Below, one piece after another: positions 42,168 to 55,050 of a stretch of 64,000 nucleotides of DNA (its first letter is position 1; the number at the start of each line of letters is the position of its first letter). The notes below the pieces were generated by a model. It made no database searches. It was not told the origin of the DNA and worked only from the letters and a program-made list of their open reading frames with translations. This stretch comes from Macrostomum lignano (lineage: Eukaryota), in contig NIVC01000089.1 in NCBI GenBank assembly GCA_002269645.1, positions 1 through 64,000 of the forward strand, written 5' to 3'. The position numbers and the translations under genes were made by a program.

Positions 42168-45100
42168 ATGGCCGCTTGAATCTCTTCTGGCTGATCACAG
42201 TGAACGTCGGCACTCCATCGGCGCTCGGGCTTCTTCAACTGGCAGTCGCGGCAGGAAGCGCTGCTGCCGGCACTCCAGCTCGGACGAGGCAGAGCCGGCC
42301 GCGGCCAACCCGGCACACGCCGCCGCTGCAGCGTCAGCAACCGCTTCAACAGCAGCCAACTTCAAAGGGACTCAAAGTAAGCGGACTCGACTTCAGCAGC
42401 ACCGCGACGATGTAAATATCGGCGCCACTGAGACAGCGTGGACTGCTGACCGCGACGATGTCGGGACTGCTGGCCAGGCGATCCCCAACGCGGCCAACAG
42501 CAGCAGCGGCAGTTTGAACACTGTCGATGATTTCGTCATGGCACCAGCGATTGCCGGAGGAGCGTCAGCGTCGGCCGCCGCTTTGTCGTCTGTCGATGCC
42601 GGCGTTACTGGCGGCGTCACCACCCGGTCGCGGATTCGCGAATCGGCCGCGCTGGCTCTGGTTGAGGAGCTCCGACTGCGGCCGAAATCATTTGAGCACC
42701 TGCCACCTGAGGTGTACTGCCGCATCCTGCAGTACCTGTCCATTGTCGAGCTGATGCGGGTCACCTCGGTCAATCGGCAATTCCATGCCGCCGTCACGAA
42801 GCACCTGCGATTGGCCAAGCGAATCAACTTCTGTAGCGGCTTGCCGTTCACCTTCTTGTCCGAATCTCTTGACGACCTGACGCTGGCCTCTGTGCTGTCC
42901 CTGTGCCCGGAGGTCACTCACATTCTTGGCTTCTATCCTCGTAGGATTTTGCACCGAGCTCCTCAGCAGCCACAGCAGCAGGGAGCGACGGCTGCTGCCA
43001 ATTCGCAAGCCGCCTCTTCTGCTTCTTCCTCCGTAGGTGCTAGCCGAACTAACCGATTCCTCACCTACGGCGGCATCCTGCAAGCGCTGAAGCAGTGCAA
43101 GAAGCTCAAATCAATCGAAATCATGGACGTCGACTTGATGTCGCGTCTTATCGCTTCCTTTCCTCGCGTGAAATTTCACGGCATGTTTCGCAATCGGCCG
43201 GACATTTGGGACTGCGAGCGGGCTTACGAAGGCCCGAGTCCGTTGCCTAGCAGCGCCACGAAACTGCTGCTTAGCCTGCAGATTAACAGCCTCACTAAGG
43301 TTAGTCTGGTTTCTTATTTACAGACCATCCTCTGGTGTGACTCTACTGGGTTTATCGAATCAATGATCGGTCCTGCCGCCACCTCCACCCTCCCAGATCT
43401 TTAGTCGCTGGGACACCGCCACCCTCCCAGATTCTCAGTTGCTGTGCCAGCCTCCCAGATTCTCAGTTGCTGGGCCAGCCTCCGAGATCCTCAGTTGCTG
43501 TGCCAGCCTCCGAGATCCTCAGTTGCTGTGCCAGCCTCCGAGATCCTCAGTTGCTGGGCCAGCCTCCCAGATTCTCAGTTGCTGGGCCAGCCTCCCAGAT
43601 CCTCAGTTGCTGGGTCAGCCTCCGAGATCGTCAGTTGCTGGGCCTCACTGGGCCTCGAATCTCACTTAGCTAGCAGAGAAGATACTACTTGGGTTTTTGT
43701 ATAAAATACCCAGCTGTAGTGCCTACACCGCAACAGGCATTCAATGTTGCAAAATATTTTGTTTTTATTTTCGCAGGTGGATTTGCAGACAGTCTGTCTG
43801 AACACCCTGCCCAAGATGGACTGCGTCCGCTACCTGTACCTGAAGTGGGTCCGCTTTGCCAGCAACGATCCGTTCGTGAACTTCAGCGCGCCCAAGCTGC
43901 AGACCTTCGTGATGAACAACTGCGCCGGGCCCAGCAACGCATTTCGCTATCTGCGCGTGTTCACCGCCCTGGCCAAAGCGCCGCAGCTGGCCCGGCTGGA
44001 GCTCACTGGCCTGCGCTTCATCACCGGCCTCATTGAGCACATTGTTGACGAGATTGGCGTCGACTCTCGGGCGTTCCGCGCTCTACAGAAGCTGTCGCTG
44101 TCCAGCAACAGGTCTGCCAGCGAAATTGACGCCGGCTGCCTGCTGCTGGCCTCCTCCGCCGGGCTCAGCTGCGCCTCTCTGCAGAGCAGCCTGTGCAAAG
44201 ACTCGCTGTTCGTGTCGCTCACCTATGCCCAGGCTCAGTTTCCTAAGCTGGACACGCTGACCTTGGGTTATAAGGATCCCTGTCCTGACCTGGATAGGTA
44301 ACTACTGCTCCAGTGCTATTGTCTTTCAGGCACTCACTCAGTCACTTCAGTTGCTCACTCCAGTCAGACACCCCTCCAGTTGCTCACTCAATCACTCACT
44401 GCAGTTACACAATCAGTCACTCACTCCAGTTATTTACTCCAGTCACTCACTCCAGTTATTCACTCCAGTCACTCACTCCAGTCACTCACTCAGTCACTCA
44501 CTCCACTCACTCACTCCAGTCACTCACTTCAGTTATTCACTCCAGTCACTCACTCCAGTTATTCACTCCAGTCACTCACTCAGTCACTCACTCCACTCAC
44601 TCACTCCAGTCACTCACTTCAGTTATTCACTCCAGTCACTCACTCCAGTTATTCACTCCAGTCACTCGCTCCAGTTATTCACTCCAGTCACTCACTCAGT
44701 CACTCGCTCCAGTTATTCACTCCAGTCACTCACTCAGTCACTCACTCAGTCACTCACTCCAGTTATTCACTCCAGTCACTCACTCCAGTTATTCACTCCA
44801 GTCACTCACTCAGTCACCCACTCCAGTTATTCACTCCAGTCACTCACTCAGTCACCCACTCCAGTTATTCACTCCAGTCACTCACTCCAGTCACTCACTC
44901 CAGTTATTCACTCCAGTCACTCACTCAGTCACTCGCTCCAGTTATTCACTCCAGTCACTCACTCAGTCACTCACTCAGTCACTCACTCCAGTCACTCACT
45001 CCAGTTATTCACTCCAGTCACTCACTCCAGTTATTCACTCCAGTCACTCACTCAGTCACTCGCTCCAGTTATTCACTCCAGTCACTCACTCAGTCACCCA

Positions 45101-48100
45101 CTCCAGTTATTCACTCCAGTCACTCACTCAGTCACTCACTCCAGTCACTCACTCCAGTTATTCACTCCAGTCACTCACCCAGTCACTCGCTCCAGTTATT
45201 CACTCCAGTCACTCACTCCAGTTATTCACTCTAGTCACTCAGTCACTTACTTAGTCACTCGGAAACATTGTCCCACAGCCAGTGCTGTGGCAATGCTGCC
45301 CATTCCGCCGACTGCTGAGCATACAAGCGCGCCAATACTGTACGCAGCCACGCACTCATGCACACGCTCACACAGGGTGTACAGCGGCACGAAATCGAAC
45401 CAGGGGTTCGTGGCGCGTGACTTAGTCTGACGGTCAGTCAGTTATCAGCAAACTATACTACTAGTTTCTATTTAGTAGTGTGATGCGGTCTAAAGCACAA
45501 GCCTACGCTATCAAATCGCAGGTCTCAATTCACCGTGGAGCCAACTGATCCGCCCTGCCAGCTCACCGACTACGGCATGGCCTACGTTGGCCGCTGTTTC
45601 AACCGCCTGACCAACCTGACCGTCTGCCGGGCTCCGTTCCTCACCGACCCCACCCGCTGGCTGGACCAGCCGCTGCCCATATTCGAGCCGCTCCGCTGCC
45701 TGACCCTGGAATCCTGCCAGTGCATGGTGGCCGGCCGCCTGGCCGATTTCATGGCCCAACTGCCCAATATGGAGATGCTGGTACTGCGCGACATGTTCGC
45801 GCCAGCGCCTCGCGGCTGCGACTATTTGGGTGTTGCCGCTGGTCAGCGCTGGTCTATTATGCCGCATAGTTGCGTAACTAGGGACTCCGTTCAGGTGAGC
45901 TGTTTTAAAATTGAGGGCTGTAACCGTCTTATTTTGCCACTAATCAGATAACGAGGCTTTTAAGTATGTAAATAAAGTCATTGTTACTCCTTCCGTTTAC
46001 CTTTGACGTCCTCAGGGCAAAATTTTCTTTCTTTGATACTAGCTAAATTTTTCCTAATTGACATTAGTTTGCACAAGTGCATTCCTTATGCGGCGGGCTT
46101 GTGGTTTTAAAACAACACTGTGGCGCTAAATTGTCGCTAAAATCTACTCTGTGGCACTAAATTGGCGCTAAAATCTAATCTGTGGCGCTAAATTATCGCT
46201 AAAATCTAGTCTGTGGCACTACATTGGCGCTAAAATCTAGTCTGTGGTGCTAAATCGGCGCTAAAATCTAGTCTGTGGCGCTTAATTGGCGCTAAACTCT
46301 AGTCTGTGGCGCTAAATTGGCGCTAAAATCTAGTCTGTGGCGCTTAATTGGCGCTAAACTCTAGTCTGTGGCGCTAACTTGGCGCTAAAATCTAGTCTGT
46401 GGTGCTAAATTGGCGCTAAACTCTAGTCTGTGGCACTAAATTTGCGCTAAACTCTAGTCTGTGGCACTAAATTGGCGCTAAAATCTAGTCTGTGGCGCTT
46501 AATTGGCGCTAAACTCTAGTCTGTGGCGCTAACTTGGCGCTAAAATCTAGTCTGTGGTGCTAAATTGGAGCTAAAATCTAGTCTGTGGCGCTTGATTGGC
46601 GCTAAACTCTAGTCGGTGACGCTAACTTGGCGCTAAAATCTAGTCTGTGGCGCTTAATTGGCGCTAAACTCTAGTCTGTGGCGCTAAATTGGCGCTAAAC
46701 TCTAGTCTGTGGTGCTAAATTGGCGCTAAACTCTAGTCTGTGGCACTAAATTTGCGCTAAACTCTAGTCTGTGGCACTAAATTGGCGCTAAAATCTAATC
46801 TGTGGCGCTTAATTATCGCTAAAATCTAGTCTGTGGCACTACATTGGCGCTAAAATCTAGTCTGTGGTGCTAAATTGGCGCTAAAATCTAGTCTGTGGCG
46901 CTTAATTGGCGCTAAACTCTAGTCTGTGGCGCTAAATTGGCGCTAAACTCTAGTCTGTGGCGCTAAATTGGCGCTAAACTCTAGTCTGTGGCGCTAACTT
47001 GGCGCTAAACTCTAGTCTGTGGCGCTAACTTGGCGCTAAAATCTAGTCTGTGGCGCTAAATTGACGCTAAAATCTAGTCTGTGGCGCTAAATTAGCGCTA
47101 AAATATTGTCTGCGGCGCGTCATCCCGAACTCGTGGAATCGAACCCAGTGGACCCCTGGAAGCTACTTTAAAATCCAATTGAATGATTTCTCAGCGGTAG
47201 CAATTCAAAAGCCATGCCGTCTAACCGTAGCAGCATTTTTATAATAGCGATGCAACATCGGCGCTGCACCATTCGAACAGGGCCTGTTTGTTGCCAACCC
47301 GCCGGCCGGCCGCATGCTCGCCGCTTTTCCCAGCATCCGGCATCGACTATTCGGCTGCGGAGCTGACGAGTCCCAGTCTCAAGCTGACGCCGGGGCGGTA
47401 GGGCCGACTGCTGCTTCTGCCTCATCGTCGAATGCTTCAGCTGACGGAGGAGCTGGCGAGGCGCAGTTCTATAGTAGAGGCGTGCAGACTTCGGTGAGTG
47501 CCGCAGTTTTAATGACCTTTTTTAGTTATCGGTTGGTAGCTAAGGCGCTAACTAATGAGACTGATAACGCAGATAGACACGTAGTTGTGTTGGTAGATAG
47601 GTAGGGGGATAGAAGGTAGGTAGGTAGGGGATAGAAGGTAGGTAGGTAGGGGATAGAAGGTAGGTAGGTAGGGGATAGAAGGTAGGTAGGTAGGGGATAG
47701 AAGGTAGGTAGGTAGGGGATAGAAGGTAGGTAGGTAGGGGATAGAAGGTAGGTAGGTAGGGGATAGAAGGTAGGTAGGTAGGGGATAGAAGGTAGGTAGG
47801 TAGGGGATAGAAGGTAGGTAGGTAGGGGATAGAAGGTAGGTAGGTAGGGGATAGAAGGTAGGTAGGTAGGGGATAGAAGGTAGGTAGGTAGGGGATAGAA
47901 GGTAGGTAGGTAGGGGATAGAAGGTAGGTAGGTAGGGGATAGAAGGTAGGTAGGGGATAGAAGGTAGGTAGGGGATAGAAGGTAGGTAGGTAGGGGATAG
48001 AAGGTAGGTAGGGGATAGAAGGTAGGTGGGGGATAGAAGGTAGGTAGGGGATAGAAGGTAGGTAGGGGATAGAAGGTAGGTGGGGATAGAAGGTAGGTAG

Positions 48101-51100
48101 GGGATAGAAGGTAGGTGGGGGATAGAAGGTAGGTGGGGGATAGAAGGTAGGTGGGGGATAGAAGGTAGGTAGGGGATAGAAGGTAGGTGGGGGATAGAAG
48201 GTAGGTAGGGGATAGATTGTAGGTAGGGGATAGAAGGTAGGTAGGGGATAGAAGGTAGGTAGGGGATAGAAGGTAGGTAGGGGATAGAAGGTAGGTAGGG
48301 GATAGAAGGTAGGTGGGGGATAGAAGGTAGGTAGGGGATAGAAGGTAGGTAGGGGATAGAAGGTAGGTAGGGGATAGAAGGTAGGTAGGGGATAGAAGGT
48401 AGGTAGGGGATAGAAGGTAGGTAGGGGATAGAAGGTAGGTAGGAGATAGAAGGTAGGTAGGGGATAGAAGGTAGGTAGGGGATAAAAGGTAGGTAGGGGA
48501 TAGAAGGTAGGTAGGGGATAGAAGGTAGGTAGATAGGGGGATAAGTACGTAGGTAGGTAGGGGATAGGACGCAAGTAGGTAAGAGATAGGTAGCTAGGTA
48601 GGTAGAAAGGGATAGGTAGCTAGGTAGGTAGAGGGGTTAAGTAAGTGCTTGGTAGATGTCCAGGTAAGTAAATTTGGTGTATACGATCTAATATATCTAA
48701 TATATCTCGTATATTAGATATTAAATACTCGTTTTGTATGTATGTATGTATGTATGTATGTATGTATGTATGTATGTATGTAGCAAGATAGAGTGGATAA
48801 TACAAATGTACGAATATACAGTTCTGTAGGTAGTTAAGCATAGGGCACCTTTACAGAAGATAAGTAGATAGATAGAGGTGACCGCTAGTGCGGTGGGTTT
48901 CGCGATATCAGCTTTTATACGTGTTTCAAAAAGTGAGATTCAAAGTTGCGATATCCGAGGACCGGTTTCGGAGTTAAGTATTTACTTTTCATTGCCACCC
49001 CTGTGTGCTCAACCTGCAATCGGTAGCTACCTGGGTAGGCAGTTGGAGATTATCAGCCAAGCAGCCAGCTGAATCCACAGCGTGACTGCCAGCCTTCCCC
49101 ATCGTTGCAGGTCGATTCGCCCAACTCGCCGGCCTTCAGCTATCACGACGCCTCCGCGCACCAACGTCGCGGCGATGCCGTCTGGTCCGACTTCTCCTCA
49201 TTCAGCTCTCACTACCGGCTGCGCTCCCGCGGCAACATCAGCGACGACCAGCCGGAGTTCGAGCTGCCCTCGGAGCCGCAGCGGGACTGCTGGTTCGTCA
49301 GGGACGTCTGTCTGGACACGCACGACCTGCGCCTGTACCAGCCGGTTCCGCAGTCGCCGTTCGCTCTGCGCTCCGCCATGCTGCATGCGGTTCACCTGGA
49401 GCGCTGCGGCCTGACCTTGATTGATTGCACCGAGTCTCCGCGTCTGCGCACCCTGACGCTGGAGTCCTGTCCGCGGCTGGCCGAGATCCGCCTGCCGGCC
49501 GGTTCCGCCCGCGGCCTGCGCCGGCTCCGGATTGTCGGCTGTCCGAGCTTCAACTATGCCCAGTTCTATCAGGACCTGGTGGACCTGATGACCGCCCGGT
49601 GCATCGAACCGCGGGAAGGTAATCCGAGCGCGTTGAAAAAAAACGTTACCGTGATAAGAATAGCTAAAGAGTCGTTGCCAATGTAAACAACTCACTAAGA
49701 ACTCTAGAGCGACTCTTGTGACTTTGCGACGGAGAGGCGACTGTTGAGTCACGAGCGCATCACGTGAGTTGCAGAGTCGTCAAAGAGTCCTGAAAAAGTC
49801 GTCAGAGTCGCTGTGTTAGCGCTTAACTCTAAAAACTAAGGTTGACCAAATATAGTTGTTATAAAGTTGTTATAATCAGTGATTTTCAGTGATTCTACAG
49901 CGACTCCAGCACGCCTCAGATCTGACTTTACGGCCCCATAGTCGTTTCTCAGAGTCGCAGACAATCAAAACGCCTCAAATTGACTCTTAGGCGACTCTTT
50001 AGCGTCATCTGGTTGTTTTAGAGTCGTCTAGAGATTGCTTCTTTCCTGCTTCACCTGTGTTTTTCCTGAAATTACTCTGGGACGCTTCTTGGTCTGGGTA
50101 CCTAATTTAGAAACCTCGTATAATATTTGAAATCTACTAAAGCACTTTAACATTGCTTTTTTAAAGGCTCTGGTGACGACAGTCTGGCTGTTTGCTACCG
50201 ACCAATGGGCCGCTACGAACCGTTGGCGGAGCGGGCTCTGCTGCGTCTGCCCGGATCTCATCTGCTGCTCACGCACGACTACATGGTGAGTTGTGGCTGC
50301 TAATTGAACCATTAGATCTCTGATTTTAGATACACAGGCTGGGTTGCCAAGCCTCCCAGATCCTCATGCTGTATTCCCAGATCCTCATGCTGTACTCCCA
50401 GATCCTCATGCTGTACTCCCAGATCCTCATGCTGTACTTCCAGATCCTCATGCTGTATTCCCAGATCCTCATGCTGTATTCCCAGATCCTCATGCTGTAT
50501 TCCCAAATCCTCATGCTGTATTCCCAGATCCTCATGCTGTATTCTCAGATCCTCATGCTGTATTCCCAGATCCTCATGCTGTATTCCCAGATCCTCATGC
50601 TGTATTCCCAAATCCTCATGCTGTATTCCCCGATCCTAATGCTGTATTCCCAGATCCTCATGCTGTATTCCCAGATCCTCATGCTGTATTCCCATATCCT
50701 AATGCTGTATTCCCAGATCCTCATGCTGTATTCCCAGATTCTAATGCTGTATTCCCAGATCCTCAGGCTGGGTTGCCAAGCCTCCCAAATCCTCAGGCTT
50801 CATCGCCAACGCTCCCAGATCTTTAGTTGCTAGGCTGCCACTCAAATTCTCAGTCTTCAGATTCTGAAATGATCGCCATAGATTCAAATCACGCATACTC
50901 CACCGCCCCCCCCTTCCAGGGCCCCGAGGCGCGCGACAGCAACTTGGACCGATTGCAGTCGCATTTCCATCAGATCTTTCGCGACATCATGCACTTCTCC
51001 GAGAATCTGATCAGACGTGATTATGTCAAAGAGTCGCGTCCGGGCGACCCGGCCACCCGGGCCAACCGGTTCGGCCGCGGCCAGATGCTGCGGTTCGAGT

Positions 51101-51330
51101 CCGGCCATTCGAGCGACGGCCATCCCTGGGACCTGCTGACCGACATACCCTGGATTGGCGAGTGCGGAGTGAACCCGTTCCCCAGCCTGCCGGAGGACGC
51201 CGACCAGCTCTACCAGAGCCTGGTTGAGTCACACTCTGTCGCCTACTACAAGATGGCGTGCAGGGGGCTGTTTCTGCATGTGCAGTGTCGGGATATTGGC
51301 AAGCCTGAGCACAGCTCATCTAAGTGTTGA
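42168..51330 (+). CDS. FBXO38: F-box / leucine-rich-repeat protein FBXO38 (MoKA) homolog
   Basis: Exons about 42168-43299, 43777-44297, 45522-45894, 47281-47493, 49111-49618, 50167-50285, 50920-51330 with compatible phases. F-box FEHLPPEVYCRILQYLSIVELM. YLKWVRF, FVMNNCAGPSN, FPKLDTLTLGY, DMFAPAPRGC and CYRPM match human YMKWVRL, FVMRNCAGPTN, FPQFETLHLGY, QMFREPPKGC and CMRPM. Start codon unresolved. Confidence 0.9.
43385..43642. repeat. 28-bp dispersed minisatellite family in FBXO38 intron 1
   Basis: Same unit as 23752-24280. Confidence 0.92.
44330..45257. repeat. Modular 9/13-bp array (CACTCACTCCAGT / TATTCACTCCAGT / CACTCAGT) in FBXO38 intron 2
   Basis: Direct tandem repeats. Confidence 0.95.
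45258..45445 (-). mobile_element. Short SINE-like copy
   Basis: Minus-strand GGTTCGATTTC followed by GCCGCTGTACAC..GTCGGCGGAATGGGCAG, shared with 62005-62311. Confidence 0.5.
46118..47100. repeat. 31-bp minisatellite GGCGCTAAATTGGCGCTAAAATCTAGTCTGT in FBXO38 intron 3
   Basis: Direct tandem repeats. Confidence 0.96.
47595..48600. repeat. G-rich 18/22-bp array GGTAGGGGATAGAAGGTA(GGTA) in FBXO38 intron 4
   Basis: Direct tandem repeats; (TATG)n follows at about 48735-48782. Confidence 0.96.
49655..50105. repeat. GAGTC/GACTC-rich dispersed element, copy 3 (FBXO38 intron 5)
   Basis: Matches 22272-22560 and 25480-25910. Confidence 0.8.
50335..50790. repeat. 21-bp array CCCAGATCCTCATGCTGTATT in FBXO38 intron 6
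   Basis: Tandem units bracketed by the direct repeat CAGGCTGGGTTGCCAAGCCTCCCA; shares CCCAGATCCTCA with the 28-bp family. Confidence 0.95.
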
Positions 51331-51431
51331 GACACCACTTTATATTGTTTACAAAGGTTACATTTCATTCATTTTAATGCCTTTCTATTGGAATGGTTGG
51401 TTTTATACAGTTTAAAATCATAAGCTTGCTT

Positions 51432-52278
51432 CTCCAGCCTCCCAGATCCTCAGTTGCTGGGCCAGCCTCCCAGATCCTCATTTGCTGGGCCAGCCTCCCA
51501 GATCCTCATTTGCTGGGCCAGCTTCCCAGAGTGTCAGTTGCTGGGCCAGCCTCCCAGATCCTCAGTTGCTGGGCCAAAGCCACCTTCCTAGATCCGTAAT
51601 TGCTGAGCTACAGCATCTTCCCAGATCCTCAATTGCTGAGGTACAGCACCTTCCCAGATCCTCAGTTGCTGGGCCAGCCTCCCAAATCCTCAGTTGCTGG
51701 GCCAGCTTCCCAGAGTGTCAGTTGCTGGGCCAGCCTCCCAAATCCCCAGTTGCTGGGCCAGCCTCCCAGATCCCCAGTTGCTGGGCCAGCCTCCCAGATC
51801 CTCAGTTGCTGGGCCAGCCTCCCAGATCCCCAGTTGCTGGGCCAGCCTCCCAGATCCTCAGTTGCTGGGCCAGCCTCCCAGATCCCCAGTTGCTGGGCCA
51901 GCCTCCCAGATCCTCAGTTGCTGGGCCAGCCTCCCAGATCCCCAGTTGCTGGGCCAGCCTCCCAGATCCTCAGTTGCTGGGCCAGCCTCCCAGATCCTCA
52001 GTTGCTGGGCCAGCCTCCCAGATCCTCAGTTGCTGGGCCAGCCTCCCAGATCCTCAGTTGCTGGGCCAGCCTCCCAGATCCCCAGTTGCTGGGCCAGCCT
52101 CCCAGATCCTCAGTTGCTGGGCCAGCCTCCCAGATCCCCAGTTGCTGGGCCAGCCTCCCAGATCCTCAGTTGCTGGGCCAGCCTCCCAGATCCCCAGTTG
52201 CTGGGCCAGCCTCCCAGATCCTCAGTTGCTGGGCCAGCCTCCCAGATCCCCAGTTGCTGGGCCAGCCTCCCAGATCGT
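51432..52278. repeat. 28-bp dispersed minisatellite family downstream of the FBXO38 stop
   Basis: Same unit and same internal non-repeat block as 23752-24280. Confidence 0.95.
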
Positions 52279-53084
52279 TGCAGCCTCCCAGTGGCCGCTC
52301 GTAGTGCAGTTCAGTATGAATATATTTTTGTGTTGGTTTCATTTTTTTGTCTTTCTTTACGAGCTTACCTGACTGCTCTGCCTCCCTCTCTCCTTGTCCT
52401 CTTTGTTGTGTACTGACTGTCTGTTTGGCAATCTGTAATTATCATTTATGTGTCTGTATTGTTGCCTGTTGCTGATACTTCAATCCACCTTTGCATCATT
52501 AGCTATAAGAACGATACTCCCTGATTGTTATTGTTTGCTATTAGACAATGCAAGATTTCAATTTAAAGTCCAAGTCTTCCAAATGCCATATTGTCTTGAA
52601 ATGAAATGTTTGTAAAGAAATAAATGTGCTTATCTGTCCGCTCCTGTTGTATTCATATTCAAGCTTTATTTCTAATTTTCTGGTCATCTCCGGATATTTT
52701 TACTATGATAAAATTAAAGATACTGACGGTTCTGCGTTCACTGTCTGTTGTAATGATTCGGCATATTGGATTTTAATTATATGTCGAATTAACCAACTTA
52801 CCCCTGACATGCTGTATTTGTTTAATTTGTGATGGTTCGTTGGATCCCTATTGTATCTGATGCTGTTCCTTCTGCTAAAATCGTTCTGTACATGCTCTGT
52901 ATTACTGCCTCAAAAGTTGCTAAAAATTTTGGACTTTACACACGAGTTAGCTTAGTATTTTCACCTCTGCATCAATCTGGACTCGATTGTTATATAGTAC
53001 ACATTTGACTGAGTTGACTTTGGCTTAAATTTATACTCTGGTCTAGTCCTGTGACCCAAGATACGCCTATCTTCTGTGAAATCC

Positions 53085-54295
53085 TCTGCCCCCAATGTAC
53101 ACTGAAGTCACTCGTCCCCTCTGCCCCCAATGTACATCAGCTATTCTGGTCTACCCTCTGCCCCCAACGTACATCAGCCATTCTGGTCTACCCTCTGCCC
53201 CCAATGTACATCAGCGATTCTGGTCTACCCTCTGCCCCCAATGTACATCAGCATTCTGGTCCACCCTCTGCCCCCAATGTACATCAGCGATTCTGGTCTA
53301 CCCTCTGCCCCCAATGTACATCAGCATTCTGGTCCACCCTCTGCCCCCAATGTACATCAGCGATTCTGGTCTACCCTCTGCCCCCAATGTACATCAGCAT
53401 TCTGGTCTACCCTCTGCCCCCAAATTACATCAGCCATTCTGGTCTACCCTCTGCCCCCAATGTACATGAGCCATTCTGGTCTACCCTCTGCCCCCAATGT
53501 ACATCAGCATTCTGGTCTACCCTCTGCCCCCAATGTACATCAGCCATTCTGGTCCACCCTCTGCCCCCAACCTACATCAGCCATTCTGGTCTACCCTCTG
53601 CCCCCAATATACTTCAGCCATTCTGGTCTACCCTCTGCCCCCAATGTACATCAGCATTCTGGTCCACCCTCTGCCCCCAATGTACATCAGCCATTCTGGT
53701 CTACCCTCTGCCCCAATGTACATCAGCCATTCTGGTCTACCCTCTGCCTCCAATGTACATCAGCCATTCTGGTCTACCCTCTGCCCCCAATTACATCAGC
53801 CATTCTGGTCTACCCTCTGCCCCCAATGTACATCAGCCATTCTGGTCTACCCTCTGCCCCGAAATGTACATCAGCCATTCTGGTCTACCCTCTGCCCCCA
53901 ATGTACATCAGCCATTCTGGTCTACCCTCTGCCCCCAATGTACATCAGCCATTCTGGTCTACCCTCTGCCCCCAATGTACATCAGCCATTCTGGTCTACC
54001 CTCTGCCCCCAATGTACATCAGCCATTCTGGTCTACCCTCTGCCTCCAATGTACATCAGCCATTCTGGTCTACCCTCTGCCCCCAATTACATCAGCCATT
54101 CTGGTCTACCCTCTGCCCCCAATGTACATCAGCCATTCTGGTCTACCCTCTGCCCCCAATGTACATCAGCCATTCTGGTCTACCCTCTGCCCCCAATGTA
54201 CATCAGCCATTCTGGTCTACCCTCTGCCCCCAATGTACATCAGCCACACAGCCACTCTGGTCTACCCTCTGCCCCGAAATGTACATCAGCCAATC
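53085..54295. repeat. 36/37-bp minisatellite CCTCTGCCCCCAATGTACATCAGCCATTCTGGTCTAC
   Basis: Direct tandem repeats. Confidence 0.96.
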
Positions 54296-54777
54296 TCTTG
54301 CATTAAACGTACTGGTTTGCCAGCCCCCTGCATCAACAGCAGATTTTTGTTCATTTTTCACTACCCAAGTATTTAAAATGTTCAAACGCCTGATTCCTTC
54401 TTGTTGCAGATTTTGATAACTCAGCTTTAAGCGCGCTTTTCTGGCAACTGCCTGCTGTTGTCAATACTGATTTTTTTACTTTCGCTGTACGAACTCAACT
54501 GACTCCGTTTATTTATTCCTTCATTTTGCTCGTGCATCTTAAAAATTATTTATTAATCTTAAGTCTTAACGCATCCCCTGTTCGCTATTATATTCATATT
54601 ACTCACGAGAAATCTGGTTCACTAATAGAAACTTATAGTTGTCAGCCATGCTTTATTAAATCTCAGAATTTTAAATACCAAGAAGTGTTGCGTTTGAACA
54701 TTAATTATCTCTTGTCTCTTGTCTTGAATTTAGGTAGCTTATTTCTGAACACCGTCACGGGTCCGCGACAACTGACT

Positions 54778-55050
54778 GAACACTAAACCTAACCCTAACC
54801 TAAAATCTAACACTAAACCTAACCCTAACCTAAAATCTAACACCAAACCTAACCCTAACCTAAAATCTAACACCAAACCTAACCCTAACCTAAAATCTAA
54901 CACCAAACCTAACCCTAACCTAAAATCTAACACCAAACCTAACCCTAACCTAAAATCTAACACCAAACCTAACCCTAACCTAAAATCTAACACCAAACCT
55001 AACCCTAACCTAAAATCTAACACCAAACCTAACCCTAACCTAAAATCTAG
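54778..55050. repeat. 30-bp telomere-derived higher-order repeat CACYAAACCTAACCCTAACCTAAAATCTAA
   Basis: About 9 near-identical units, each made of five degenerate CCCTAA hexamers. Confidence 0.92.

Noticed and set aside
42160-42170. ATTGCAATG resembling the 3' end of flatworm spliced leaders (..TTGCATG)
   Set aside because: The match is short and imperfect, with no following GT donor or Sm site; likely chance.
44313-45430. Long ORFs in this array, and similar ones at 26380, 47552, 51482, 53051, 59617 and 59978
   Set aside because: They are translations of stop-free tandem repeats in introns or intergenic DNA; they are open in several frames and carry no domain signal.
47363-47400. CTGACGAGTCCC resembling a hammerhead ribozyme core
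   Set aside because: There is no stem II closed by GAAA downstream, and it lies in an in-frame FBXO38 exon.
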